Below are positions 1 through 10,743 of a DNA stretch of 64,000 nt, piece by piece (within the stretch, counting starts at the first letter, position 1; the number at the start of each line of letters is the position of its first letter). The notes below the pieces were generated by a model. That model did not search any database. It saw nothing but the letters and a program-made list of their open reading frames with translations, and was not told the DNA's origin. The DNA is from Methanomicrobia archaeon (GTDB lineage Archaea > Methanobacteriota_B > Thermococci > Methanofastidiosales > NM3): contig JAUVXU010000010.1 of NCBI GenBank assembly GCA_030603445.1, forward strand, positions 355 to 64,354. Reading direction: 5' to 3'. The position numbers and the translations under genes were made by a program.

Positions 1-808
1 GTGGAAGACGGTACTTCTCAGTTATCATTTCCCTCATGGCCATGGCTGCCTTTACTGGAACGGGATTTGTCTCAATAAACATGGCCTTTATCAGATCCAT
101 ATAACGGAAATGCATACGCTGTGCTTCAGCCACATTCCCTGCTAGGGCAGCATTTATCATTTCAGACATCTCTCGTGGCAAAATGTTGGAAAGCACAGAA
201 ACCACACCGTGCCCGCCCATGATCGTTAATGGGACAGCTAAATTATCATCGCCCGACAGTATCGAGAAGCTCTTTGGTGTGCTGCGCACCACATCGAGCA
301 TTTGGTTAAAGTTGCCTGATGCCTCCTTGACGCCCACAATATTGTCATTCTCTGCCATAGATAACAACGTTGAAGTCTCGATGTTAACCCCTGATCTCCC
401 TTGTATGTTATATACTATAACAGGGAGCCCGCCTTCATTTGCAACGGTATTGAAATGCTGGATCAGCGAGTGCTGTGTAGGCTTGTTGTAGTAAGGTGTT
501 ACCTGCAGCGTTGCATCTGCCCCAGCATCCGCTGCCATCTTTGTCATGTAAATGGCCTCCTTTGTGCTGTTGCTTCCTGTGCCTGCAATTACCGGGACTC
601 TCCCGTTAGCCTGATCAATGACTATTCCAACTACCTTGGTGTGTTCCTCGTGCGAGAGCGTCGGGCTCTCACCAGTGGTACCAGTCGGAACTAGCCCTGA
701 TATACCATTCTCAATTTGAAAATCTACCAAATTACGTAATGTAGCCTCATCAACATCGCCGTTTTCATCAAACGGTGTTACAAGTGCAGTATATACTCCT
801 CTAAACAT
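1..808 (-). CDS. dapA: 4-hydroxy-tetrahydrodipicolinate synthase (3' end runs off window)
   Basis: Manual translation from ATG at 808: MFRGVYTALVTPFDENGDVDE...GLVPTGTTGESPTLSHEEH; lies directly downstream of dapB. Not in ORF track. Confidence 0.93.
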   Translation of the reverse strand, partial: MFRGVYTALVTPFDENGDVDEATLRNLVDFQIENGISGLVPTGTTGESPTLSHEEHTKVVGIVIDQANGRVPVIAGTGSNSTKEAIYMTKMAADAGADATLQVTPYYNKPTQHSLIQHFNTVANEGGLPVIVYNIQGRSGVNIETSTLLSMAENDNIVGVKEASGNFNQMLDVVRSTPKSFSILSGDDNLAVPLTIMGGHGVVSVLSNILPREMSEMINAALAGNVAEAQRMHFRYMDLIKAMFIETNPVPVKAAMAMREMITEKYRLP

Positions 809-813
809 ATGTT

Positions 814-1560
814 TCACTCTCCTATAATATCTGAAATCAAATCTTCAATATCAAAAAATCCTACTTTATCCTTTATGAATTCCGCAGCCATGACAGATCC
901 AACAGCCAGACCGCGTCTTGTCCTGTTCTGGTGCGACACCTCTATTGTGTCGTAAGGTGAATCAAAAACAACAGTGTGAAGACCCGGATTGCTACCTCCC
1001 CTTATTGATGCAAAATGTACTTCTTCTGGGGCAGGACGCCTGTTAAGCATCTCATATACTGCAGTGTCCTTACGCTTTAAATTCTCAATTAAAACCTGAG
1101 AGATCTTAATCGCCGTCCCTGAAGGTGAATCAGCTTTGCCGTTATGGTGTAACTCATACCCCATCACATCATAGTCGTTGAAATTGTTAAATATTTGGGC
1201 TGTTGCAGATATTATCCTAAAGTACAAATTAACACCTATTGAGAAATTAGGTGACCATAGGAATCCAATTCCGCTTTTATCTACAATCTCCCTTACCTGT
1301 AGCATCTGGTCATACCAACCCGTGGTGCCGACGACCAAAGGCTTCTTAAGTGATGCTATGAGCCCAATATTTTTAACAGCACTTGATGGATGCGTGAAAT
1401 CTATACATACGTCACATCCCCCCACAGAGTCTGCTGAAATACCGACGAAGTCTGCATCTGATCTGTTTGGATCTATTGTCACAGCAGAATGCCCACGCTC
1501 CATGGCAACATCCTGGATCTCATGTCCCATCCTACCGTATCCAATTATAGCTAGTTTCAT
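814..1560 (-). CDS. dapB: 4-hydroxy-tetrahydrodipicolinate reductase
   Basis: GYGRMG Rossmann motif, DFTHP, VVGTTG, PNFSIG, ELHHNGKADSPSGTA. Confidence 0.95.
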   Translation of the reverse strand: MKLAIIGYGRMGHEIQDVAMERGHSAVTIDPNRSDADFVGISADSVGGCDVCIDFTHPSSAVKNIGLIASLKKPLVVGTTGWYDQMLQVREIVDKSGIGFLWSPNFSIGVNLYFRIISATAQIFNNFNDYDVMGYELHHNGKADSPSGTAIKISQVLIENLKRKDTAVYEMLNRRPAPEEVHFASIRGGSNPGLHTVVFDSPYDTIEVSHQNRTRRGLAVGSVMAAEFIKDKVGFFDIEDLISDIIGE

Positions 1561-1665
1561 AGAATCCCACCTTTAATAAGAAAAGAATTATAGTTTTATT
1601 TATAAGATTAATGTTTTATAAAAAACAAATAAAAAGAAAAATATAATAAAAGAAACAAAATAGAA

Positions 1666-2070
1666 TTATTTGCGTGGAAGTATAGGCCGGAACTTGTAAC
1701 CATACACAATAATGCCAGATTCCCCATATGCAAATAGCTTTCTGATAACTACCTCTACAGGCATCCCGATCTCAAGATGATCCAAATCGCAGTCGGTAAT
1801 TTGTGCAGTCACTATCTCTCCCTCTTCTAGCTCTACTAGTGCCGCGGCATATGGTCTGCAAAACGTATATCCTTCAGGAGGATTTCTTATTATTGTGTAA
1901 GAATATATGTTCCCTTTTCCCTTGAACTGATACTCCTCAAGGTCCCTGGATTTACAAGAAGAGCACACAGTACGCGGTGGGTAGTGCAGCTTCTTGCAGG
2001 ACTTGCATTTTGTGCCAAGCAATCTGTACCTTCTCTTGCTCTCTCTCCAATGACGTGGGACACTCATCAA
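1666..2070 (-). CDS. DUF35 Zn-ribbon/OB-fold scaffold of thiolase-HMGCS complex
   Basis: CKSC...PPRTVCSSC, YGYKF C-terminus; third gene of the HMGCS-thiolase operon. Confidence 0.9.
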   Translation of the reverse strand: MMSVPRHWRESKRRYRLLGTKCKSCKKLHYPPRTVCSSCKSRDLEEYQFKGKGNIYSYTIIRNPPEGYTFCRPYAAALVELEEGEIVTAQITDCDLDHLEIGMPVEVVIRKLFAYGESGIIVYGYKFRPILPRK

Positions 2071-3212
2071 ATATCCCTCCCCAAAATTGTGACAGAAACA
2101 GTAGAACCAGTGCCACCTATATTTTGTGCAATGCCATTTTGTGCATCTACCACGCCCTCGCCGCGCAAGTTCTTAGTAAGCTCAAGAATCTGGTATACAC
2201 CTGTCGCACCGACAGGATGCCCGCGGGCCTTTAGTCCTCCATAAGTGCAGCAAGGCAATTTTCCGCCAATGCCTATTTGTCCCTCTGCTGCAAAATGCGC
2301 CCCCTTGCCATGGCGTACAAAACCTAGGTCTTCTAGGCCTATGACGCCCATAATAGAAAAAGCATCATGAAGCTCTGCTGTATCCATGTCTTTTGGAGTT
2401 AGTTTTGCCATATTATATGCTTCTTTTGCAGCCTCCACGGTTGCAGTCATGCTTGTAACATTCTTCCTGTCATGCACACCAATGGTATCCACCTTTACCG
2501 CAGATCCCTTTACAATAATTGGTGTATCTGTAAACTCCTTTGCCCTCTCTCTTGTTGTCAGGATTATAGAAGCTGCACCATCACAGATTGGAGCGCATTC
2601 CATAAGAGATAAGGGATCCGCCACCATAGGGGAGTTAATAACAGAATCCAATGATATCTCCCTGCGAAACATTGCATTCTTGTTGTGTACTGCATTCTTG
2701 TGCGAGTTTACTGGAATAGAACATATGTCCTCGCGCCGTGCATTATAATCATGCATATACCGGCGCATTACCATAGCGTTTAGACCGACAAACGTCACCC
2801 CATGTACAGCCTCATACTCCCTGTCAGAAGCATTTGCAAGTATCTTAGTTGCGCTATCGCCAACAACATCGGTCATTTTCTCAACGCCTGTAACACAAAC
2901 GACATCATGCATTCCTGATGCAACGGCCATTACGCCTGTCCTAAAGGCAACGCCACCTGACCCACAAGCTCCCTCAACCTTAAAAGCAGTTATATTTCCC
3001 AGACCTGCATAATCTGCTATCAGCGAACCCAGGGATTCCTGGTCGACGAAGTTTCCACTCGACATATTTCCTACAACTAAACCATCAACCTCATTAACGC
3101 CTGCATCATTCATTGCCGCCCAGGTAGATTCAACAGCAATTTCACGTAAAGACTTGTTCCATGGTTCACCAACAGGCGTACATCCAATTCCTACAATAGC
3201 AACGTCATTCAT
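2067..3212 (-). CDS. acetoacetyl-CoA thiolase (archaeal)
   Basis: EGACGSG, ELHDAF, GHPVGATG, QNIGG; start moved to MNDVAIVG (3212). Confidence 0.92.
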   Translation of the reverse strand: MNDVAIVGIGCTPVGEPWNKSLREIAVESTWAAMNDAGVNEVDGLVVGNMSSGNFVDQESLGSLIADYAGLGNITAFKVEGACGSGGVAFRTGVMAVASGMHDVVCVTGVEKMTDVVGDSATKILANASDREYEAVHGVTFVGLNAMVMRRYMHDYNARREDICSIPVNSHKNAVHNKNAMFRREISLDSVINSPMVADPLSLMECAPICDGAASIILTTRERAKEFTDTPIIVKGSAVKVDTIGVHDRKNVTSMTATVEAAKEAYNMAKLTPKDMDTAELHDAFSIMGVIGLEDLGFVRHGKGAHFAAEGQIGIGGKLPCCTYGGLKARGHPVGATGVYQILELTKNLRGEGVVDAQNGIAQNIGGTGSTVSVTILGRDI

Positions 3213-3216
3213 TTCA

Positions 3217-4263
3217 TCACATCCTGATTTTTTCCCTATACCTGGCATACATGGCATAATCTATACCAACCCTTCTGGCAATGTAAGATTTTACGTTAGG
3301 TGCACGTTCGCGTGCCTCGATTATCTTATCTGTAATTTTGAACGAGAAAGCATCAGATCCTGCCCCAGAACCATATGACACGCACAAAACCAAGTCGTCA
3401 GGTTTTGCCACATCAAGGACTGCACTAAGTCCAAGCATTGCAGAACCTGCATAAGTATTGCCTATGTAAGGGGATATTAGACCAGGTATTACCTTCTCCT
3501 TGTCAACGCCTAACATCTTTGCGGCCGCCATTGGGAACTTAGCATTAGGTTGGTGGAATATAACATAATCATAATCATTTGGTTCCCTTTGTAATTCGTT
3601 GCAAAGTGTTTTGGTCGCGTTTGTGATATGTGAGAAATATGCCGGTACGCCTGTGAAGCGCGAGGCGTGTTTTGGGTAATGCTCATGTTGGCGACGCCAG
3701 AAATCTGGTGTGTCTGTCACAAAAGAGTATGACCCCTCATATTCTGCCAATGATCCTTCAGATGGTCCCATGATAAAAGCGGCACCGCCAGCTGCAGCAG
3801 TGTACTCCAGCGCGTCTGAAGGCTGCCCCTGGGCAGTGTCCACACCTACTGCAAGCGCATACTCTGCCATGCCCGAACCTACGTAAGCTATTGCTCCCTG
3901 CAACGCCTCTGTGCCAGCCTTGCATGCGAATTCCCAATCTGCAGCATTTATAGAGGGGGTTGCTCCAAGATACTCGGCCACGATAGTAGCAGTTGGCTTG
4001 ACAGCATATGGTTTTGACTCTGTTCCCACCCACACCGTTCCGAGCTTCTGAGGACTTATATCAGCACGCAACAAAGCGTTTTTTGAAGCCTCGCACGCAA
4101 TGGTGCAAGCATCCTCGTCAGGTCCAGGGACCGACTTCTCTTTTACAGGGACACGCTCAGGGTCATTTCCCCATACACGTGCAATATCAGAATTCTTTAT
4201 TCTATACATTGGAACATAGGCGCCATAGCCGTAAATCCCGATGTCCTTTATGGTCTTCATCAT
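3217..4263 (-). CDS. hydroxymethylglutaryl-CoA synthase
   Basis: [46 protein letters not shown]. Confidence 0.95.
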   Translation of the reverse strand: MMKTIKDIGIYGYGAYVPMYRIKNSDIARVWGNDPERVPVKEKSVPGPDEDACTIACEASKNALLRADISPQKLGTVWVGTESKPYAVKPTATIVAEYLGATPSINAADWEFACKAGTEALQGAIAYVGSGMAEYALAVGVDTAQGQPSDALEYTAAAGGAAFIMGPSEGSLAEYEGSYSFVTDTPDFWRRQHEHYPKHASRFTGVPAYFSHITNATKTLCNELQREPNDYDYVIFHQPNAKFPMAAAKMLGVDKEKVIPGLISPYIGNTYAGSAMLGLSAVLDVAKPDDLVLCVSYGSGAGSDAFSFKITDKIIEARERAPNVKSYIARRVGIDYAMYARYREKIRM

Positions 4264-4365
4264 ATCACCTCTTTCATTTAGGAAATGCCTAATCTATATT
4301 TAAATATATCGGTATATAACGGTTAGCCATTCGTCTTTTGCCGAAAGAAATAATTACAACAAGTA

Positions 4366-5082
4366 TCAATCATTAAAAATATTTCTCAAATTGCGTATTA
4401 ATACGTCTATTGAATGTGTATGGGACAATATAAGCGGTATGCGTTCTATCTCTGCTATCTTTATAGCAACATCATCCATCTTTTTAGGGCCGTTGATAAC
4501 TACCACAGATGGTTTTAATCCCTTTACCTTTATAGCTACCATGGGGGATCGTCCCATATCCACCTTAGTGAAGATGAGTGCACGCTCGGTGGACCACCCA
4601 TAAAGCTTTAGAAACTCATCAGCCGACATCCCAAGGATTGCCTTAATACTGTCTATTACCGTGTAACCATATATGGGCCGGTGTGATAGGTCTTCATTTG
4701 CCAATACTGTTCCTTCAACAGCAGCACATAGGTCCGATATCTTGACAGGCACGGAGAACTCACGGACATCCATTATGGCATCGCTTGTCATGTCAGTAGA
4801 AAACATCCTGCCAAATGCATGAATTACTTTTCCGCCGTTCTTTTCATCAATGTGTATAAGCCCCTCAACGAATTTCTTAATAGTAGTTGATCCAGGTGAT
4901 TTTCTTCTTCCGCCCTCATAATCCGAAAGAACAGAAGATGAAACCCCCAAATTTTTTGCAAGGCTTGTTTGGGTGATCCCAAAGATCTCTCTCCATTTTC
5001 TCATGGTCTTGCCAGGATTCTCTGAAAGGGCTATCTCGCCAGCCATCCTTTTGGCAAGTTTCTCTTTGGATGCACTTATCAT
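4366..5082 (-). CDS. XRE-family HTH transcriptional regulator with DRTGG-like C-terminal domain
   Basis: KWREIFGITQTSLA...SDYEGGRRKSPG; conserved archaeal neighbour of HMGCS. Confidence 0.8.
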   Translation of the reverse strand: MISASKEKLAKRMAGEIALSENPGKTMRKWREIFGITQTSLAKNLGVSSSVLSDYEGGRRKSPGSTTIKKFVEGLIHIDEKNGGKVIHAFGRMFSTDMTSDAIMDVREFSVPVKISDLCAAVEGTVLANEDLSHRPIYGYTVIDSIKAILGMSADEFLKLYGWSTERALIFTKVDMGRSPMVAIKVKGLKPSVVVINGPKKMDDVAIKIAEIERIPLILSHTHSIDVLIRNLRNIFND

Positions 5083-5265
5083 TGCTAAAGTTACCTTTAA
5101 AATATATAAATAATTTTCGGTGATTGCTATATTTTAAATAGACAATAAGGGTGAACTTGTATTATGAAGCATATTTTTTCGCTATATAGCGAAATTGTGC
5201 GAACTGCCTATAATTAGTAGATTAGAGGCCTTCTTGCCTAGGACGTACCAAATAATTATTACGTC

Positions 5266-6834
5266 CTATTTTTTATAATTTATACGTTCACGAGTGTAAA
5301 AATAGACTATATCGTCTTTTCTTACTACTCCAACAGGTTTCTTTGTACTGTCGATGACCGCTAGTTCATTTACATGATGCTCGTCCATAAATACCAATGC
5401 ATCAAGTGCCGATGAGTAGAGGTATATGGTGAGCAGATCATCTTCTCCCATATATGCGTCCATTATTTCCTTTATAGGGGTCATAGAAAGCATGTCGATA
5501 GCACGCTCGTGTGGGACTTTTATGTTATTCTTTAGCAGTTTTATCTCATATACTGTTCCCTCACTATGATAATGGACAAATGCACGTGCGATAACAACGG
5601 ATATCGTAAGGGGAAGTATAATTGAATAATCGCGCGTCATCTCAAAAAACATTACTATGGCCATGAAAGGTGCACCAGTAATTCCGCCGATAAACGCACC
5701 CATTCCAACACTCGCGTATGCTGAAGGTGTTGTTGCAATTGTTGGAAATAACGTTGTTGCCAAAAGCCCAAATGCAGCGCCGAAACATGCGCCGATAAAA
5801 AGGCCCGGAGCAAAGATCCCACCAGATCCTCCAGAACCCAATGTCATGGATGTGGCAAACACTTTGAGAACTACAAGAGCCAGGAGAAAAACTATAGAAA
5901 ATCCTGACACCCCGGAAATCACATCTGATATTGTGGAATATCCAACACCAAAAATGAAAAAGTTACCATATGATTTGAACAGTATAAGCCCAGTAACACC
6001 GACTACAATGCCCCCCACCACCGGTTTAAAGTATGGTGAGACGTTCCAATCCTCAAAAAGGTCCTCCAACTTGTATAGGGACTTGATATAAAAAACAGCA
6101 ATAACACCTATAAGCAGGCCCATAACTGCATAGAGCGGAAGCTCATACCCTGAGTTAAGTACATAATGCGGCACCGAGAAGGCAGGCTCGTTGCCTAAAC
6201 ACCAGCGGACCAAATAAGTGGAAGTGGAGGCGGATAATGCAAGCGGGACAAAAGTCCTTACAGAAAACTCTGGTAAGATAAGTTCTATTGCAAAGAGAAT
6301 CCCTCCCAATGGGGCATTAAACGTAGCAGCTATGCCTGCAGCAGCGCCGCATCCCAACAGCGTTATTGTTCCAAAAGAAGAAAGATGCAAAAGCTGGCCT
6401 ATTGCAGACCCGATAGATGCGCCTATTTGAACGATTGGGCCTTCTCTGCCTGTTGAACCCCCTGTACCGATGCACAATGCTGATGCAATGGTTTTAATGC
6501 CTGCGACACGAGGCCTTATGTTCCCTTTGTTTGTGAAAACCGCCGTCATTACCTCAGGAACACCATGCCCTTTAGCTTCTGGTGCGCCCTTATTCACCAG
6601 CACCCCGACAAGAAAAAATCCAATGACTGGAATAAGAATAACATAATTTCCCCATACTGTGGATAATGGGAGGTGGTCATCAAAGAAATAATTAAACTTC
6701 CCCTCGAAAAAAAGATTGTAAACTATCGCAATAAGATATCTAAATATTATTGCGCCTATGCCTGCAAGTGCTCCTACTATTACAGGCAATACATAGAACT
6801 TCCATTCAAAACGAGGTCGTTCCGAGGAGTACAT
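5266..6834 (-). CDS. ClC chloride channel/antiporter with degenerate CBS tail
   Basis: GHGVPE, GREGP, FNAPLGG, GGIFAP motifs. Confidence 0.93.
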   Translation of the reverse strand: MYSSERPRFEWKFYVLPVIVGALAGIGAIIFRYLIAIVYNLFFEGKFNYFFDDHLPLSTVWGNYVILIPVIGFFLVGVLVNKGAPEAKGHGVPEVMTAVFTNKGNIRPRVAGIKTIASALCIGTGGSTGREGPIVQIGASIGSAIGQLLHLSSFGTITLLGCGAAAGIAATFNAPLGGILFAIELILPEFSVRTFVPLALSASTSTYLVRWCLGNEPAFSVPHYVLNSGYELPLYAVMGLLIGVIAVFYIKSLYKLEDLFEDWNVSPYFKPVVGGIVVGVTGLILFKSYGNFFIFGVGYSTISDVISGVSGFSIVFLLALVVLKVFATSMTLGSGGSGGIFAPGLFIGACFGAAFGLLATTLFPTIATTPSAYASVGMGAFIGGITGAPFMAIVMFFEMTRDYSIILPLTISVVIARAFVHYHSEGTVYEIKLLKNNIKVPHERAIDMLSMTPIKEIMDAYMGEDDLLTIYLYSSALDALVFMDEHHVNELAVIDSTKKPVGVVRKDDIVYFYTRERINYKK

Positions 6835-6931
6835 AAGGGTAAACTTCTAAGAATACATTAAAAAGTTATGGGATAATATTCCTAAAACGTATTATACAAA
6901 TGAAAGGAAGAGAAAAATGTAAGAAAATGGT

Positions 6932-8299
6932 TTAAGATTTACTAATAATTCCCTCTGCTGCCAAAATGCCTGTCACTGCCGCATACACTATGCCGCGAGA
7001 ATGTCCTGATGCATCGCCTGTAACAAAAAGATTTGGGATATTTGTCTCCATATACTTTGTCACAGGATACTTGGTATCATAGAACTTTATTTCAGGTGCA
7101 TATATTAGCGTTGAATCCGAAGCTATGCCCTCTATAACAGAATCCAAGCGTTCGACAGCCTCGACAATATTTGTAACGATCCTGTGCGGCAGCGCCATTG
7201 ATATGTCCCCTGGTGTTACGCTCTTTAGGGTTGGTTTTATCTGAGAGCGCTTTATGCGACCCCATGTTGACCTGCGCCCAGTCTCGAGGTCTTTAAACCT
7301 TTGAAGAATAGGTTTTCCCCCCCCAATCGTAGTTGCGAGTCTAGCTATGGACCTGCCGTACTCTGTCGTATCTTCCACAGGGTCGGTAAGCTCTATACGA
7401 GATAGAATGGCCAAATTAGTATTTTCTGATTTTTCCTCCTTCTTTGCATGGCCATTTACCATGACAAAATCAGGATAGCGCTCCTCAGTAACGAAACCTT
7501 TCGGATTTGTACAAAACGTGCGCACCATATCATCGTATGTGGAAGTGTAGAGCTTAAACTTGGCATCATACATTATATCTTCCACAGGTTCGTATATTGT
7601 TGCAGGGAACTCAGCCCTAACACCGACATCAATTGGACCATACTGGTTAGTAATTCCAAGATTGCGTGCCTGTGTTCTGAACCAGTATGCACCAGCGCGC
7701 CCTGGAGCCACTATGAGGTAATCGCCTACAAACTCCTTATCTTTGCTATGGGCGACAAACTTCTTTCCCCTTACCTCAATTACCTCAATCTTGGTCTTTG
7801 TATAAAATTTAACGCCTTTTGCCTTGAGGTCTTTGTAGAACTTGTCCATTATTAAGGGCGTCCTGTCAGAGCCCATGTGGCGTTGTTTTCCTGATATAAA
7901 CTCTATGTCATTGGAGGATGCCTTTCTACTCAAAAAGCTCAAATCATCTTCATCGACACCATATACCTCGGTATCGGCACCATACTTCAAAAATACCTCA
8001 TCCACCTTTGATATGTAGCACTCCACCTCTTTTGGAGTATGATGTATCGATTCTGGGTCCCCACCGATATTTGGGGTCAAATTTAGTTTTCCGTCAGACA
8101 GTGCTCCGGCGCCGCCTATGCCTGCGTATATTTCACATGGATCACACTGTGTACACAAATCCATAGACTGGGTCTGGCATTTCCTAAATGTGGATTCCTT
8201 TCCCATCTCTATGACGGTTATCTTATGGTCAGTTTCGTTAGCTAGCTTTTCAGCTGCAAACATTCCGGCTGGCCCTGCACCAATGATTAAAACATCCAT
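6932..8299 (-). CDS. FAD-dependent oxidoreductase (HI0933/COG2509-like)
   Basis: GAGPAG, GGAGALSDGKL, VRTFCTNP, YAPEIKFY, GDASG. Confidence 0.85.
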   Translation of the reverse strand: MDVLIIGAGPAGMFAAEKLANETDHKITVIEMGKESTFRKCQTQSMDLCTQCDPCEIYAGIGGAGALSDGKLNLTPNIGGDPESIHHTPKEVECYISKVDEVFLKYGADTEVYGVDEDDLSFLSRKASSNDIEFISGKQRHMGSDRTPLIMDKFYKDLKAKGVKFYTKTKIEVIEVRGKKFVAHSKDKEFVGDYLIVAPGRAGAYWFRTQARNLGITNQYGPIDVGVRAEFPATIYEPVEDIMYDAKFKLYTSTYDDMVRTFCTNPKGFVTEERYPDFVMVNGHAKKEEKSENTNLAILSRIELTDPVEDTTEYGRSIARLATTIGGGKPILQRFKDLETGRRSTWGRIKRSQIKPTLKSVTPGDISMALPHRIVTNIVEAVERLDSVIEGIASDSTLIYAPEIKFYDTKYPVTKYMETNIPNLFVTGDASGHSRGIVYAAVTGILAAEGIISKS

Positions 8300-8329
8300 T
8301 TTTACCAGTTCGCCATAGTAATAACGCTA

Positions 8330-9676
8330 TTAAAGCTTTTTGCTTTTAATATTTAAAATTTCAGTGCAAGAAGACAAACATGAAATAATATCATCGACAG
8401 TATTCTTGAACGTGCCGATATCATCCGAACGCACTAGCACTATGCTTTTTTTCTCTCTTGCAACAATGATGGATTCTGTTGATTTATACTTCTCATTGTC
8501 CACGCTAAGGGCTTTTAATATTGAGTTTGCATTGTTAGTATTTTTTACATCTATCTCCAAAACAAACTTCAGGCGTGCTTTTGTCTGGTTGAAAAGGGCG
8601 TATGTTACCTCTGCTTTGAACTCCTCAATACGATTGTTAGGAATCATCGCCCCGGCAGCGATGTCATGTCCGCCGCCTTTTCCACTGCAATACAGGGCCC
8701 CGTGTTCCATTGCCTTTCCCAGATTCACACCCTCTTTTACCAATTTCTCCGTAGTGCGTGCTGATGCCTTTATCCCATACGATGCATCGAAAAGTATGAT
8801 TATTGGTTTGTCTGGAAAAACTGCCACCAGATCTTCTGCAATTGCCCCGGAGAATCCAGGTTCAAGTGCGCTGCAATGGATAAAGTATGCAAGATGCTGG
8901 CTGTTTGATGTGATTATATCTTCCTTCCTCAATAATATGGCATTGATGAAATCGTTGTGCATCTTGCGATAATCCTTAAAGATCCCCCTTGCTTCATTGT
9001 ACGCTTCCATGCTGCCCATCATCATTTCAACAGCGACATAAGGCTTGTTAATGCTAGCACATGCATCAATCATATTAGCCACTTCTAGCGCTTGGACTGG
9101 GTCTTTTGAAAAGGGGGTGGTAAGGATGATCAATTCGGATGAACGCTCTCCTTGTGCAAGTTTCTCGGAAAAGAGGTCATCTAATATAACACTATTAGGT
9201 CCTTTGAATCCAGAAAGGTACTGTTTATCCCCCATTGCCCCTATAACAGCAAATGGGGAAAGACGCTTGTTAGTCTCAGAAATTGCACGAATGACAAAGT
9301 AAACTACGCCCGCCCCTGAAAGCTCACGTGTTCCATCAATCCCAAAGTCCCATGGATTTACCATCCACTTATGCTGCTGTTTTGTGGGATGGTGGTCTAG
9401 GATTAGGAACTCCTTGAAATGAGAAGATATGTTTGGTACCTCAGAACTACCGTAGTCAACGAACACAGGAAGGGTCCCATCGCTCTTTTGTGCCAGTTCT
9501 TCGAAGGATGGCCCATGGCGTATGATAACTATCTCAACCTTTTTAGTGGGAAAAGCTTGTTTTATTAGTAGTGAGGCGCATATTCCATCTGTATCACGAT
9601 GCCCAAATACTGTTATCTTTTCAGCACGCTGCAATATGCGCGCTGCCTCTTTGCATTTCAGTAAAAAATTATTCAT
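8330..9676 (-). CDS. RecJ/GAN-like DHH nuclease fused to C-terminal KEOPS Pcc1-like domain
   Basis: HRDTDG, DYGS, LDHH, SGAG, SART, GGGHDIAAG; last ~85 aa (SILKALSVDN...RSDDIGTFKNTVDDIISCL) resemble Pcc1. Confidence 0.8.
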   Translation of the reverse strand: MNNFLLKCKEAARILQRAEKITVFGHRDTDGICASLLIKQAFPTKKVEIVIIRHGPSFEELAQKSDGTLPVFVDYGSSEVPNISSHFKEFLILDHHPTKQQHKWMVNPWDFGIDGTRELSGAGVVYFVIRAISETNKRLSPFAVIGAMGDKQYLSGFKGPNSVILDDLFSEKLAQGERSSELIILTTPFSKDPVQALEVANMIDACASINKPYVAVEMMMGSMEAYNEARGIFKDYRKMHNDFINAILLRKEDIITSNSQHLAYFIHCSALEPGFSGAIAEDLVAVFPDKPIIILFDASYGIKASARTTEKLVKEGVNLGKAMEHGALYCSGKGGGHDIAAGAMIPNNRIEEFKAEVTYALFNQTKARLKFVLEIDVKNTNNANSILKALSVDNEKYKSTESIIVAREKKSIVLVRSDDIGTFKNTVDDIISCLSSCTEILNIKSKKL

Positions 9677-9721
9677 TTATTATAACCTAATACTAAATAA
9701 ATAAAATAAAAAAAGAGGGGT

Positions 9722-10177
9722 TTACTTAATAAGTAAACGTGCTTTTACTGGATCGTATATCCATTTTGGGTCAAGTATACCATTGCGCTTGTAGTATTTC
9801 CCAAGTCGGCGGATCTTTGATTCTGATAGCTTTAGACCCCTGAAGGAATGCTTGTCCTTTGGGTGTAATTCCATATGCTTCCTCAGAAGCACTGCTTTTG
9901 TAATAAGATTCATGAGATCATCTGGCAACTCAGATGCCAAATCGTTCTCTTTGAGATGCTGTCTAATCTTTTTTCCTGTTGAGAGGCGGACATCTGCTAT
10001 CCCATGCTGATCGCGTAAAATTGTGCCAATCATTGATGGTGAGTGCCCTTTCTTAGCATTATCTAAAATCAAATTTACTACTTCATCCGCACTGATATCC
10101 TCCCATTGCGGAGTAGATGTTCGTAATGGGTGAGTTGAACCTGACTTACCTTTTTTCTTTGAATGCATTCTTGCCAT
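9722..10177 (-). CDS. rps15: 30S ribosomal protein S15 (uS15)
   Basis: [31 protein letters not shown]. Confidence 0.97.
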   Translation of the reverse strand: MARMHSKKKGKSGSTHPLRTSTPQWEDISADEVVNLILDNAKKGHSPSMIGTILRDQHGIADVRLSTGKKIRQHLKENDLASELPDDLMNLITKAVLLRKHMELHPKDKHSFRGLKLSESKIRRLGKYYKRNGILDPKWIYDPVKARLLIK

Positions 10178-10182
10178 GTTAT

Positions 10183-10743
10183 TCACCTATATTCATATTC
10201 TCTGAAATAATTCATAAGCTTATTTAAAGATTTCCCTCTATGTGAAAGAGCGTTCTTCTCTTTTGTTTCCATTTCTGCAAAAGACAGGGCGGATTCTTCG
10301 GGGATAAACAAAGGATCATAACAAAATCCGCCGTCCCCTTTGATCTCGCTGCCTATCTGTCCTTTTGCTTCGCCGGCGAATATATGCGTTTTTGAGCCGT
10401 TGTTATATGCAACCACCGACTTAAATACGGCATCCCTATTACAAATGCCATCAAGAAGGCGCAATATGCCCTCATTGCCTATTGTGTTAAACACATATTT
10501 TGAATACGGTCCCGGGAAGCCATGAAGAGCATCTATAAATAGACCAGCGTCTTCTATAAAGCAGGGCTTTTTAAGCTTTTCTATACACCAATTAATCCCA
10601 AAGTGTGCTATTTCCTCTAATGTATCAGCTTGAATCTCAGGATAACCCAAATCCGCCTGGGTGACGGCCCATTTTACTTTCTTCATAACTGTTTTAGCTT
10701 CGTGCAGCTTATGTTCATTCCCTGTGACAAACATTAGTTCCAT
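10183..10743 (-). CDS. rdgB: XTP/dITP diphosphatase (Ham1 family)
   Basis: [23 protein letters not shown]. Confidence 0.93.
   Translation of the reverse strand: MELMFVTGNEHKLHEAKTVMKKVKWAVTQADLGYPEIQADTLEEIAHFGINWCIEKLKKPCFIEDAGLFIDALHGFPGPYSKYVFNTIGNEGILRLLDGICNRDAVFKSVVAYNNGSKTHIFAGEAKGQIGSEIKGDGGFCYDPLFIPEESALSFAEMETKEKNALSHRGKSLNKLMNYFREYEYR

Noticed and set aside
183-694. Plus-strand ORFs of 102 and 97 aa
   Set aside because: Antisense shadows of dapA. The same applies to most short ORFs opposite recognised genes throughout the track.
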